A stretch of 64,000 nucleotides of DNA, from positions 43,277-107,276 of IMG/VR virus record IMGVR_UViG_3300050025_000126; one strand, given 5' to 3'. Each line of letters starts with the position of its first letter. Positions within the stretch are counted from its first letter, which is position 1. Source of the stretch: a virus. Positions 46,035 to 55,400 of the stretch are shown here, in pieces. The translations under genes and the position numbers were made by a program. The notes beneath the pieces were generated by a model. The model saw nothing but the letters and a program-made list of their open reading frames with translations. It was not told where the DNA came from and made no database searches.

Positions 46035-46606
46035 TTTGCTCCAAATCCTGGTGGTAGGGGGTCTGAGTCTTGTTCTACTTGTTTTTGTGTTGGTGGAGGA
46101 GCAAACGATTGTGGCTTATTTGCGTCCCCATAATGTTGCCCAGGTAGACTTGGGCCTGTTACCAACTTCTTAACGCTGTTGTAAGCGTTGTAGAAGGCTT
46201 CCATTTTACCCCTTAGCGTGTCCAAAATAAAGGAAATTTCGTCTAACCGGTCTTTTGTTGCCTGAACTGTAGGGTCTTTCTGTACAAAGGCAGCTCTTAA
46301 ATCGGCACTGGCTTTGGTATGGCCAAGTTTTTGTAGAGCCTCTTCGGTACAAGCAAGCTTGGCGTCTGCAATAGCGTTCTTGTGGTGATTGTCGGCAATA
46401 TTCTTTTGGTAGGTTAACTGGGTAACAGACCTGTTGAGTTTAAGCCACACCGCATTAAACGTTGATAACATCTCTGGCGCCGTAAACTGATTTACAATTG
46501 CAACATCTTGAAGCCTTAATTCAGCCTGTACAATTTCCTCAATGTTGATAACAATTTTGTTCTTGCCATCTCCAGTAGGAACTAGATAGTTTGTTTCTTC
46601 GGTCAA
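46031..46606 (-). CDS. Helical protein, possibly UvsY-like recombination mediator
   Basis: Lies between SSB and RecA; DLRAAFVQKDP helical pattern. Confidence 0.45.
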   Translation of the reverse strand: MTEETNYLVPTGDGKNKIVINIEEIVQAELRLQDVAIVNQFTAPEMLSTFNAVWLKLNRSVTQLTYQKNIADNHHKNAIADAKLACTEEALQKLGHTKASADLRAAFVQKDPTVQATKDRLDEISFILDTLRGKMEAFYNAYNSVKKLVTGPSLPGQHYGDANKPQSFAPPPTQKQVEQDSDPLPPGFGAK

Positions 46607-46615
46607 GATACCTCC

Positions 46616-46663
46616 AAAAAGAAAAGCTAGCCAGAGACGAAAGGAGCACCGCCCCTGGCTAGC
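46616..46663 (-). terminator. Rho-independent terminator after the SSB gene
   Basis: GCTAGCCAGGGGCG/CGTCTCTGGCTAGC stem followed by TTTTCTTTTT. Confidence 0.8.
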
Positions 46664-46672
46664 ACGAACAGT

Positions 46673-47704
46673 TTACGTCCAGAGGTCGTCGAAGTTTTCT
46701 GGAGCCGGTGGGGCCTTGGGCTCTTCCTTGGGAGCCTCGACCTTTGCGGGTTCAACTTTCGGTGTCTCTGTAGGTGTTACAACTACACTCTTCTTGGACT
46801 CGCCCGGTGTTGCAGACTCTCCCGTAGCTACCCCACCCGTGTAATCAACATCGTCAACCGGAGCCGCCTTCTTCTTTTCGACTTCTAGAATGAGGTCTAC
46901 TTCCTTGGGGTCTGGACTGCCCTTGCCAGCCTTATCTAGAGCCACCAGGGCGTTGATTTGCTCAACTGTAATACGGTTCTGCTCCCGTAGGTCCTTAAGG
47001 TCAGGAATGCGTCCTGCGGCTTCCATAAGCTGTTCGTCTGAAATACGATGGATATCCTTGATTTCGGAACCGTCGGCTTGAGTAATGCGGTTAACCACTG
47101 CCTTGTCAGAAGTAGGAGAGGCCTTGCCAGTACGAGTGAACTTGAACCAGACACCCTTACGACCAGCAGGCTTGATAAGCTCTGTAGTACCAGGGTAGGT
47201 TTGTGTTCGTAATTGACGCATCTCTTCCTTAAGGCTCTTAACGAAATTGTAAGGAGCTACAAAGATACCAAACTGCCCTTGCTTATTAATGCAAGGAATA
47301 CGGAACTTACCATCTAGACCGTGGTCATCCTTCCAGGCCTGAAGCTTCTTACCCATTTCTGAATTAGGGTCAGTTGCCTTAATCTTTTCAATAAAAGAGT
47401 TGCGATATGTACAAGCAGGGCACTCCGTTGTAATCATCCCGTAATTCTTCTCTTGAATACAAAGGAATGGGTGATAGGCCTTCTTGGAAGGGTCTTTGTC
47501 GTTGATACCATTCCAGCCATAGTGAAGAGCCCAGTACAGCCCGAAATCATCAAGCTGCAACAGAGACTTCATCATAGGAAGGACTCGTAGGATATGCTCA
47601 TCTACTTCACCGTCCTTGATGTTCTTGAACTTCCAGATTTCATACTTTTGCGACATACCACTTGGGTCGCCAAATCCTGCGGGCAATTCGTTGTCATTAC
47701 TCAT
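46673..47704 (-). CDS. Single-stranded DNA-binding protein (gp32-like)
   Basis: LRVLP, HY...C...CPAC zinc site, acidic tail FDDLWT. Confidence 0.75.
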   Translation of the reverse strand: MSNDNELPAGFGDPSGMSQKYEIWKFKNIKDGEVDEHILRVLPMMKSLLQLDDFGLYWALHYGWNGINDKDPSKKAYHPFLCIQEKNYGMITTECPACTYRNSFIEKIKATDPNSEMGKKLQAWKDDHGLDGKFRIPCINKQGQFGIFVAPYNFVKSLKEEMRQLRTQTYPGTTELIKPAGRKGVWFKFTRTGKASPTSDKAVVNRITQADGSEIKDIHRISDEQLMEAAGRIPDLKDLREQNRITVEQINALVALDKAGKGSPDPKEVDLILEVEKKKAAPVDDVDYTGGVATGESATPGESKKSVVVTPTETPKVEPAKVEAPKEEPKAPPAPENFDDLWT

Positions 47705-47705
47705 T

Positions 47706-47957
47706 CTACTTCTTCTCCTTTTTTACTTTCTTCTTTGGTTTTAGGTCTTCGACCTTTTCTTTTGCTTGATGGGCCTCTTCGCCCAGTTTGAATTCGGGGT
47801 ATTTATTGATAAGCTCTTCTGTCTTTAGTTTTACTAGAAAATCTTCTAAAAACGATTTAACGTCCTTTACAAATTCAATCCGTGCTCCGTAACTCATCTT
47901 CCCTAGTTCGTAAACAAAGGCGTAAATTCTGGGTTGCTCGTCGGTTACTTTATTCAT
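47706..47957 (-). CDS. Hypothetical protein
   Basis: 83-aa ORF in operon. Confidence 0.6.
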   Translation of the reverse strand: MNKVTDEQPRIYAFVYELGKMSYGARIEFVKDVKSFLEDFLVKLKTEELINKYPEFKLGEEAHQAKEKVEDLKPKKKVKKEKK

Positions 47958-48690
47958 CTGTGCTTTCTACTTGTACTGGCTTTTGGGCCTTAAACAACGC
48001 TACAATCTTTGCTGCCGTGGGTACAAACCCTACAGGTAGGACACAGTCTGAAGACCTACTAAAAAGTGTTGCAATTGCGTTTCGCTCTTCCATTGACCCA
48101 ACTCCAGTTACCATTACGGGGATTTGCTTAGAATCGATTTCATTCCGTACTATACCATCTACAAGGGTCTTAGTCAAGAGGTCAATGTTGGCTTGGTCCC
48201 CTACCCGACATTCACGAAGAATACTTCTAATGTGAGCTAGTGTAGCTGCTGCATCCTTACAGACAGCTTCACGGAACTTTGGAGACTCAATCTCCATATA
48301 GCCCAGGTCGGTAGCAATCTGAGAAATCTTCTGGACCATCAAGCTATATTGAGTAGTGCAAAAAAGACGGTCAGCACTATAGGAGGGCTCGACTAGATCA
48401 GTAATGGATTGATAAAGCTGTGCTGCGTCTAAAACCACTCCCTCGTTATCATTAAGGAACTTGGCCGTGCTTTCCATAGCCTCCTTGTCTCCACTTACAA
48501 ACAATCCAACCAAATTAGAAGGAATTACAATTGCCCTCATTTCGTCTAGGAGCCTGGGAAGCTTCTCCGACGCCTGGATAACTTGTATCTGTACCGCTGG
48601 CCTTTGACCATAAGGAACAGCTTCAATCTCCTGTGAGATGACTTGGTTTGTGTTCTCGATGTCCTTACTAACTTCTGCAATTGTTCTCAT
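47950..48690 (-). CDS. Hypothetical protein, possibly degenerate NMP-kinase-like fold
   Basis: AAGGAG RBS; strand pattern GLFVSG / VVLDA / VMVTGV without a P-loop Lys. Confidence 0.55.
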   Translation of the reverse strand: MRTIAEVSKDIENTNQVISQEIEAVPYGQRPAVQIQVIQASEKLPRLLDEMRAIVIPSNLVGLFVSGDKEAMESTAKFLNDNEGVVLDAAQLYQSITDLVEPSYSADRLFCTTQYSLMVQKISQIATDLGYMEIESPKFREAVCKDAAATLAHIRSILRECRVGDQANIDLLTKTLVDGIVRNEIDSKQIPVMVTGVGSMEERNAIATLFSRSSDCVLPVGFVPTAAKIVALFKAQKPVQVESTDE

Positions 48691-48699
48691 AAATCTCCT

Positions 48700-48885
48700 T
48701 TAGTTCAATACTATCGTTGCTTCTGCTTCTTGTTTTACTTGTGCTACCGACTTGCCCAAAAGGGTCTCTAGAAACACCAGATGCTTGTGTTGGTGTTCAA
48801 GTAATTGTAAACTAGAGTTAAGCTCCCTGGTAAGCTGTCGGATTAATCTTTGGTCTCTTGTGAGCGGCTTACTTTGTTTCTTCAT
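48700..48885 (-). CDS. Small coiled-coil protein
   Basis: 61-aa ORF in operon. Confidence 0.55.
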   Translation of the reverse strand: MKKQSKPLTRDQRLIRQLTRELNSSLQLLEHQHKHLVFLETLLGKSVAQVKQEAEATIVLN

Positions 48886-51151
48886 CTTTTACCTTTTCTA
48901 CGGGGCCTCTAATTAATTGTAATTTGCGGAAACTCCAGCCTTTGTTCAAGTCGGTTTTGGTAATTACTCCGACTATAATTGAACCGACCTTCAAATTCGT
49001 TACTTCTGCTGGGTATCCTCCATCTTGACCTGGCCATGATACCACTTCTTTTTTGAAACCGCAAGCGTCGATGAAAACTTTCTTGGCCGACTTGGATTTG
49101 TTTTGGTAGGAGAACGTCTCCAAATTGTCTACATGTCCTACAATTGCACACTTGAACCCGTTCTGTGGCAGTTCCAACGCCGTGTCCACATCAACAAGGT
49201 CTGCTCTACTTACAACCCTATCTACTGAATCAACCTCTTCTCTAGCTTCTCTGCTCCAGGCCTTGTAGTGGTAAAGCAAATCTCCCGTTTCGTTTTCGGT
49301 AAAATAAAGCCCATCGTTTACCGACATCAAATTCCTAATATCCTCTGAATAAGCAGGCAATACATCTTTCTTTACCTGGAAGCGCCCCAATGCGTCTAAT
49401 GTAGGATATTGGACCTTTGACTTGTTATACTTTTTCCCTTCTGCCAGCGTATAACGCTTTAGCAGTGTCTGGTATTGCTCGATTCGTTCTGCGATTGATA
49501 AATTGGGGTCGAACAAGCTGTCCAAAATCCCAGCGACAAACAATGTATGCATAGTTCCAATTGTAATAGCACTTCTACGCCACTTACCCTCTACCGCCCC
49601 AGCCTTCCTATACTCCACAATCTTCTTGCAAAAATCGTCTGCCGATTCGTAAGGCGCATATTGATTGAGCTGGGCATGGGCCGTTTCACCAATACCATAG
49701 CACAAATCAATAGGGGCTCTAATTCTATCACCTACAATAGCCCAAGTAGGCTTAGACAATTTGATATCTGGTAAGTCTACGATATTTTCGACGTAAGGCC
49801 AGAATTTTTCTGTCACTTCTTCTTTTTTAGCGTTTTTTAATACGCTACACCACCACTCTAAGGGATAGTAATGCTTGAGCCAGGCACAAGCATAAGAAAT
49901 AACTACATATCCCACACTGTGTGCTTGGCAAAAAGAGTAAGCAGAAAATTCGAGTAAGCCAGACCACACTTCTTTTGCCTTATTTAATCCAATCTTAGGT
50001 GCGGCACGTTCGGTGAAAAAGGTGTATAATTTTGCCATTTCTTCGGGCTTCTTTTTTGCTGACAATCGGCGAAACGCTTCCGCTTCGCCTCCTGTACACC
50101 CGGTTAGATTTTGATAAACCTTCTGCAACCCCTCCTGGAATACAATTAGACCATAGGTGTCAGGAAGAAGAGCGTCAAATTCTGGTAAAATGTCTTTACT
50201 ACCAGGAAGGCCTCTAACCCTTCTAGCGTACTCTACTAACAGATTGTGTTTCTGCCCTGGTACGTCTGGATTGCTGACCACATAATTAAGCGGTCCAGGG
50301 CGGTCCAGGGCGGTAAAAGCTGCCATAGCCGCAATGCTATTGATTCCAGGAGTACCGTCGGGCCTTATGTGGTTAAATTGTCTTAGCCACTGAACGGCAG
50401 ATGCTGTGTTATACTGAAATACGGTTTCTGTTTTACCTTGACTGACATCTTTGTACACATCTAGATCTGTCGGAAGGTCCCAGATATCAACAAAATTATG
50501 GGAGACAGGGTCTAGAACAAGCCGGTGAGAGGGCACCTTGCGACCGTTTACGTTTTGTTCTACGGGGGACAATTGATTCTTTCTGCTGGCAATCAATTGT
50601 AAACACGATTGAATGTCCCTTAAACACAGCACGACAAGAAAATCAAACTTTAGAGCGCCTACATTTTCAATTTCTGAACCAGTAAAGGCTGTTACCTTAA
50701 TTCCAGATACGGACGTAATAGGGATAAAGTCACTGATTGGTTTGGGAGCAATTACGAATGCAGAAGCGTGCCTTCCTCTTTGACGTGGAAGTGCTAGTGC
50801 AGACTTGGCTATAGCCCACTGTTCTGGATATTTACTAATGTAGGTCTTTAGGGCCTCGTCCCTCTCGATGCTGCCCTGATGGTTGCCTTCATCGTCAGAC
50901 CATCCCATGATAAACCTTAGGTCCGAAAGCCCCTGAGGAGGCATTTCAAATTTCTTTACAAGGTCTTCGATATCTTGAGGGACCACCCCTAGAGTAAAGC
51001 GGGCCACGTCCTTAACACTGTTCTTTAGCTTAAGTGTAGTCAAAACACTTACCTGCGCCTGGCAATCTCCAAATCTTTCCTGAAGCCAGCCAGGGAAATA
51101 TGGCTTAAGGGTGCCATTTTTAGAACTATTTGTTATTTTTGCGAATTTCAT
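48869..51151 (-). CDS. dnaE: DNA polymerase III alpha, C-terminal part (split gene)
   Basis: GRHASA, KFDFL, VFQY, DRPGP, TYGLIVFQE, YSFCQAHS; ATG (MKFAK) overlaps the upstream TGA. Confidence 0.92.
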   Translation of the reverse strand: MKFAKITNSSKNGTLKPYFPGWLQERFGDCQAQVSVLTTLKLKNSVKDVARFTLGVVPQDIEDLVKKFEMPPQGLSDLRFIMGWSDDEGNHQGSIERDEALKTYISKYPEQWAIAKSALALPRQRGRHASAFVIAPKPISDFIPITSVSGIKVTAFTGSEIENVGALKFDFLVVLCLRDIQSCLQLIASRKNQLSPVEQNVNGRKVPSHRLVLDPVSHNFVDIWDLPTDLDVYKDVSQGKTETVFQYNTASAVQWLRQFNHIRPDGTPGINSIAAMAAFTALDRPGPLNYVVSNPDVPGQKHNLLVEYARRVRGLPGSKDILPEFDALLPDTYGLIVFQEGLQKVYQNLTGCTGGEAEAFRRLSAKKKPEEMAKLYTFFTERAAPKIGLNKAKEVWSGLLEFSAYSFCQAHSVGYVVISYACAWLKHYYPLEWWCSVLKNAKKEEVTEKFWPYVENIVDLPDIKLSKPTWAIVGDRIRAPIDLCYGIGETAHAQLNQYAPYESADDFCKKIVEYRKAGAVEGKWRRSAITIGTMHTLFVAGILDSLFDPNLSIAERIEQYQTLLKRYTLAEGKKYNKSKVQYPTLDALGRFQVKKDVLPAYSEDIRNLMSVNDGLYFTENETGDLLYHYKAWSREAREEVDSVDRVVSRADLVDVDTALELPQNGFKCAIVGHVDNLETFSYQNKSKSAKKVFIDACGFKKEVVSWPGQDGGYPAEVTNLKVGSIIVGVITKTDLNKGWSFRKLQLIRGPVEKVKDEETK

Positions 51152-54100
51152 TGGTTGTTCCACCAAGGAACGAAATCTATGTTTTCTTCTACCACTTTTT
51201 TAATAGGAAGTACACCTTTTTCTGTTTCTACTCGAAAATCTTCCGGGAGAACATGTTTTGTGCCATCTTCCGCCTCAACCTCTACGACATCACAGTCCTT
51301 GCCGCAAAGAAGATCTCTATTAGAGAAATCCAAATCCACGTCTGGCATAGTGTGGGACTTAATTCTGTCCAATGTAAGAAACCTGTCTAGGCTAAGTCCA
51401 TGTTGAATGGGGTCAATCGAGGTGATACCTAACAGATAAGAAAGTAACACACCTCCTGCGCTATTGTGTACCGCGTATTCAGAGGTCAAAAAGGAATGGT
51501 CATGTTCAACTTCGAGGTCAAACACCTCTTTTATTGATGAATATTCCTTACTTAAAACAGTAGACCAATATCCTATAGTTGATTCATTGGACCATCTAAA
51601 CTCTATTTTATAACTTCTATTACATAGATATTTTCCACGATAAAAAGGCTCTCTTGTATTTACAGACGATGGGATTCCAAACCTTAGAAGAGCTTCCCTA
51701 AAAGAATCCTTCAGAAGCACGCTGGTTGTATCGAAGGTGTAGCTTGGTCTTCCCTTTCCTTTTTTAGGTTTTTTTGTGTGACCATCAGAGTCCATGAGGC
51801 CCAGGAGGAGTGATTTTAGCAAATTTTTTGGCCAATTCAACCACTCTTTCGGGATGTATTTTGTTCCAGAAGAGTTTTTGTACAACGGAAACAAGCTCCG
51901 GAATAGTTTACACAGAATACTTGAACTTGCCATCAGCTGAACTAGTTTTTTAGTCTTGTGTTGGACCTCAACAGGTTTAGATACGCAGTAAGGGGCTAGA
52001 ATGGCTTTTATCTTTTCTATGCCGTCACGATCTTTTGTGTTGAACGCAACCCCTAGTCGTTGTTCTTTGTTTATCCAACCGTCCCCAATCCACCGACCCA
52101 GAAGATAGGAAAAATCTTCAGAGACGTTAATATACCTTGGGTGGTTAACAGTTTTGGGGGTCCTCCATTCGTCGACCGTGAGACCAACCTTACTTAGTTC
52201 ATCGTTTATTTTAGATAAAGCTAGAATGCTTCTTGTGGCTTTTCTCCCATTTTTCATAACAAGAGGCGGGACGTATCCGTTTCTGACTTTCCCTAGAAAG
52301 GTCCTGTTCCCACCGAGACGTCTTCCTCCAGGTATTTCGCTGATAAAAGTCCGTGAGATAATCTTCGACTCTTCAACGTCCACCCCGTCGTGGACAAACT
52401 CAGCCAAGTCTAACGGGTCTGGGGAAACTTCTTTTACCAAAATTCTAGGAGTGAAAACAACATCTCCGACTTTAAGAGCATCCGCTTCTATCCAGCTCGG
52501 GACCCATTTTTCATCTTTCCAAACCCTGATACTGGACAGAGTTGATTTGCTGAGCCTTTCCAATCCGGCAATTTTCGATCTTTTGAAACCGTATACTTTG
52601 TGGTCTTTTGTTAGAAGAAATGGAGTGTGTTTGTAGGTTGTCTTAAGCTTCACGCATTCTTCGTCTGTGTTGTATTTGAAAGTGTTCGTAACTTTGCGAA
52701 CATTTCCCTGGTGGGAGTAAACTTCATCACCGACTTTTATGTCTCTTATTTTCCTGTACCCACATGTTGTAAGAATTAAGGCGTCACCTTCTAGACAGCC
52801 TCTGGAACTGCCGACAAGAACGCCCTGGTTTTCATACAAACGGCATTGCTCCTCGCACGTAAAGAAGTAGGGCAATAGGTCCACTGTTCCGTTACGGTGG
52901 AACAGCTGTATCTCCTGCTTTAACCTAGCAATATACCTGGGGTCATCTTTAGGCATTCTGCCATGTTGTTCGATAAGTTTCTTGGTGTGACCTAAGGTAT
53001 CTTGGGGATAGAACTTTGTGGGTAGTTGTAGGGTGTTGTCGAATTTGAAGTCTTTGAACGAATCTCTAAACGCATAGCTGTTGTCAACCCAAGATTCAAA
53101 TTCTTTTTCTGAAATATTATGTTTCTCTTTGAAGTGAGCAAAGGCTTCGTCACTTGAATATCGGTGATACGAGGATGCGAACCGCCAGTCCCCCATTTGA
53201 GAAAGTTTTACATCCTGGACGATTTTCATATTTGGTGACGCGAAGTGACAATCGTCCGAGACAACTATGGGTAGGTTATATTTTTTTGCCATACCCATCA
53301 TGAAAACGTTTACCCCCCATTGCAGGTCGCCTCCTGGGGCCGCTGGAGAGCAATCATTTTGTATAAAACCTTCGTGCTTACGAACACCTATAATAGGTAG
53401 AGGAACCTCAACGTCAGTCCAGGTGTGAAAGTTCTTGATAGCCAACAGTGTTAGCTTCTTTTTTCCATTCCACTTGTCGGCTAACTCCTCGGCTTTAATC
53501 TCCCCATCTTCGGTTTTTAGGGTCTTGCCGTAGTAGAACTTCAGAGTCTTTTTTGCTTCACCTTCTCCGACCTCGATAAATACTCCTTTAGAGAATTCTC
53601 GGTCACACACATGAGGAAACACCTCAACAATCATTCTGTCACCAAACAGATGATGAAGTCTTTCAAAATAGCCCTTGGCTGCGCCTAGCTTAACGCTAGC
53701 GGGGCTCTCGGTGTTGATTAGGTGTCGGCTGACCATTCCAACCAAACACCCTGATCCAACAGTTGTTTTAGTTGCAGCAAGCTCTTCCAAATCCGACCAA
53801 TCAAACAGTGGCTTGCGCTCTGAGCCGTGGATTTCCGCTCTATCGTCAGCCTTAGATAAAAGTTTGACGCCTTTAAGATAAGCGTCGTAATTTTGAAAAC
53901 CTAACGTGATGTGGTAATATTTATTGTAAGAGTAAAACGTTCCATCTGGATGGTCAGCCTTCCAGTTATCCTTATCCATGCCACGGGGCACGGTGTCAGT
54001 TTTAGGAATGCCTAATCTAGTTAGAATAGGACAATCGTTTGACCTAAAATACGCCTCAATACCTGGAATTGCGATTAGATTGTTCTTTTTTGCAAGTGCA

Positions 54101-54249
54101 GAGATCCTGTAAATAGCGGCCAGACTTCCGTGGTCGGTTGCTGTAATGGCTCCTGTACCTAGTTCTATTTCTCTAGCACAAAAGGCCTCTGGAGTAGAGG
54201 CTGAGTCTAGAGACATTACGTGGACGTGTGGAGAAACAAAATTCTTCAA
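51148..54249 (-). CDS. dnaE: DNA polymerase III alpha, N-terminal part with PHP domain and intein
   Basis: HVH..SLDS, TDHG, GIEAY, DCH, RG|SAGG, RFL...MPDVDLDF. Confidence 0.92.
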   Translation of the reverse strand: MKNFVSPHVHVMSLDSASTPEAFCAREIELGTGAITATDHGSLAAIYRISALAKKNNLIAIPGIEAYFRSNDCPILTRLGIPKTDTVPRGMDKDNWKADHPDGTFYSYNKYYHITLGFQNYDAYLKGVKLLSKADDRAEIHGSERKPLFDWSDLEELAATKTTVGSGCLVGMVSRHLINTESPASVKLGAAKGYFERLHHLFGDRMIVEVFPHVCDREFSKGVFIEVGEGEAKKTLKFYYGKTLKTEDGEIKAEELADKWNGKKKLTLLAIKNFHTWTDVEVPLPIIGVRKHEGFIQNDCSPAAPGGDLQWGVNVFMMGMAKKYNLPIVVSDDCHFASPNMKIVQDVKLSQMGDWRFASSYHRYSSDEAFAHFKEKHNISEKEFESWVDNSYAFRDSFKDFKFDNTLQLPTKFYPQDTLGHTKKLIEQHGRMPKDDPRYIARLKQEIQLFHRNGTVDLLPYFFTCEEQCRLYENQGVLVGSSRGCLEGDALILTTCGYRKIRDIKVGDEVYSHQGNVRKVTNTFKYNTDEECVKLKTTYKHTPFLLTKDHKVYGFKRSKIAGLERLSKSTLSSIRVWKDEKWVPSWIEADALKVGDVVFTPRILVKEVSPDPLDLAEFVHDGVDVEESKIISRTFISEIPGGRRLGGNRTFLGKVRNGYVPPLVMKNGRKATRSILALSKINDELSKVGLTVDEWRTPKTVNHPRYINVSEDFSYLLGRWIGDGWINKEQRLGVAFNTKDRDGIEKIKAILAPYCVSKPVEVQHKTKKLVQLMASSSILCKLFRSLFPLYKNSSGTKYIPKEWLNWPKNLLKSLLLGLMDSDGHTKKPKKGKGRPSYTFDTTSVLLKDSFREALLRFGIPSSVNTREPFYRGKYLCNRSYKIEFRWSNESTIGYWSTVLSKEYSSIKEVFDLEVEHDHSFLTSEYAVHNSAGGVLLSYLLGITSIDPIQHGLSLDRFLTLDRIKSHTMPDVDLDFSNRDLLCGKDCDVVEVEAEDGTKHVLPEDFRVETEKGVLPIKKVVEENIDFVPWWNNQ
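51463..52797 (-). mobile_element. Intein with LAGLIDADG endonuclease in DnaE (445 aa)
   Basis: RG|CLEGD...TKDH...LLGRWIGDG...LLGLMDSDG...AVHN|SAG. Confidence 0.93.
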
Positions 54250-54254
54250 AATAC

Positions 54255-54464
54255 CTACTTTAGCTCTGCTGCAACCTTGGCCATGGCGCCCTCAATGACA
54301 ACCTTAGCGTTTACCTCTTGGTTGTGGGCAGCTTCTTTTTCTTTAAGCTGCTTAACCAATGTGTCAATTTCGTGTTTAATATTCTTGATGTTTTCTACCT
54401 TACGACCTCTGTCAATGGACAGTCTAGCCAAGGTATCATACGGGTCTTCTTTTGTATCAGACAT
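54255..54464 (-). CDS. Small coiled-coil protein
   Basis: 69-aa ORF with AGGGG RBS. Confidence 0.6.
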   Translation of the reverse strand: MSDTKEDPYDTLARLSIDRGRKVENIKNIKHEIDTLVKQLKEKEAAHNQEVNAKVVIEGAMAKVAAELK

Positions 54465-54629
54465 GTTTACCCCCTTAAAGTCTACTAATTACAACGGCCC
54501 AGTTTGCGATTGCAAGAAAGAGTAAAAAGAACGCTTGCCACAATTCTCTTTTAGCAAAGCTACGTCCTGCTAAGTTAGCGCACCACATAGCAATGGCCAT
54601 ACCATAAACGATCCAAAATATATATCCAT

Positions 54630-54797
54630 TAAATCCTACTTTCTTCCCACGCTTCTTCGAGGTGAGAGGCTAAAGAATAGCACAGCAGCCCGCACAAAGC
54701 AAACGTTAAAAGGTCTCCGTCACAAAAAGCTCCGACGGCATGCGTTCCAAAGAACGCAGCAGCAAAGCCATGAACACAAGCAGAAAGGTATCTCATA
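54630..54797 (-). CDS. Small hydrophobic protein (55 aa, not in ORF track)
   Basis: MRYLSACVHGFAAAFF...ESRI*. Confidence 0.45.
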
Positions 54798-54804
54798 TTT
54801 CGTA

Positions 54805-55014
54805 CTATACGCCCATTTGAGCGCGAAGTACAGAGATAATTTTTTGATAACGAATTTCTACTTCTTCTTCGGTGATATTGAGGGCTTGGGCGATGATGTG
54901 AGCGGGGGCGCCTTCGGGGTAGCGTTTTTCTAACGCAGTTATACTATTACCATAACGCTTAACAGCAATATAGTCTGGCAGTGTTTCTAGCATGTTTTGT
55001 ACATCTTGCGTCAT
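54805..55014 (-). CDS. Small HTH protein resembling sigma region 4
   Basis: IIAQALNITEEEVEIRYQKIISVLR. Confidence 0.55.
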   Translation of the reverse strand: MTQDVQNMLETLPDYIAVKRYGNSITALEKRYPEGAPAHIIAQALNITEEEVEIRYQKIISVLRAQMGV

Positions 55015-55400
55015 TGACTTCCGTGGAGGCCCGAAACGTTAGCTTCTGCTTTTGCCAGCTGCTTTGCCAAGGCTCCATAAGAATCTTGGTACAGTTTTTG
55101 CATCTTTTTTACGCTTAGGAGCGCCGCCTGGATAACCGACTTGTGAGACTTCGCCTGCTCTAAAAAATTCTCCAAGGTGTTGACATCCTTGCAAGTAGCC
55201 AAATATTCATCTCTATTGACTAAATCCTTGTCCTTGCAATCTTTACGCCTCTTCTTGGCTACTTCCAAGCCTTCTTTAGTTGTTACCTCGGTTACGATAG
55301 CTTTATCTAGGTCAGCTTGAGTATGTTGGATTCGTACTTCTAAGTTTTGTAGCTCTACGTGAACTACCCCCATTTTGCTCGTTATTTCGGTGGCGGTCAC
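55011..55400 (-). CDS. Coiled-coil protein
   Basis: 129-aa ORF in operon. Confidence 0.6.
   Translation of the reverse strand: MTATEITSKMGVVHVELQNLEVRIQHTQADLDKAIVTEVTTKEGLEVAKKRRKDCKDKDLVNRDEYLATCKDVNTLENFLEQAKSHKSVIQAALLSVKKMQKLYQDSYGALAKQLAKAEANVSGLHGSQ

Noticed and set aside
51140-51170. Programmed frameshift joining the dnaE halves
   Set aside because: No clear slippery heptamer; the ATGA stop/start overlap indicates translational coupling (not fully excluded)
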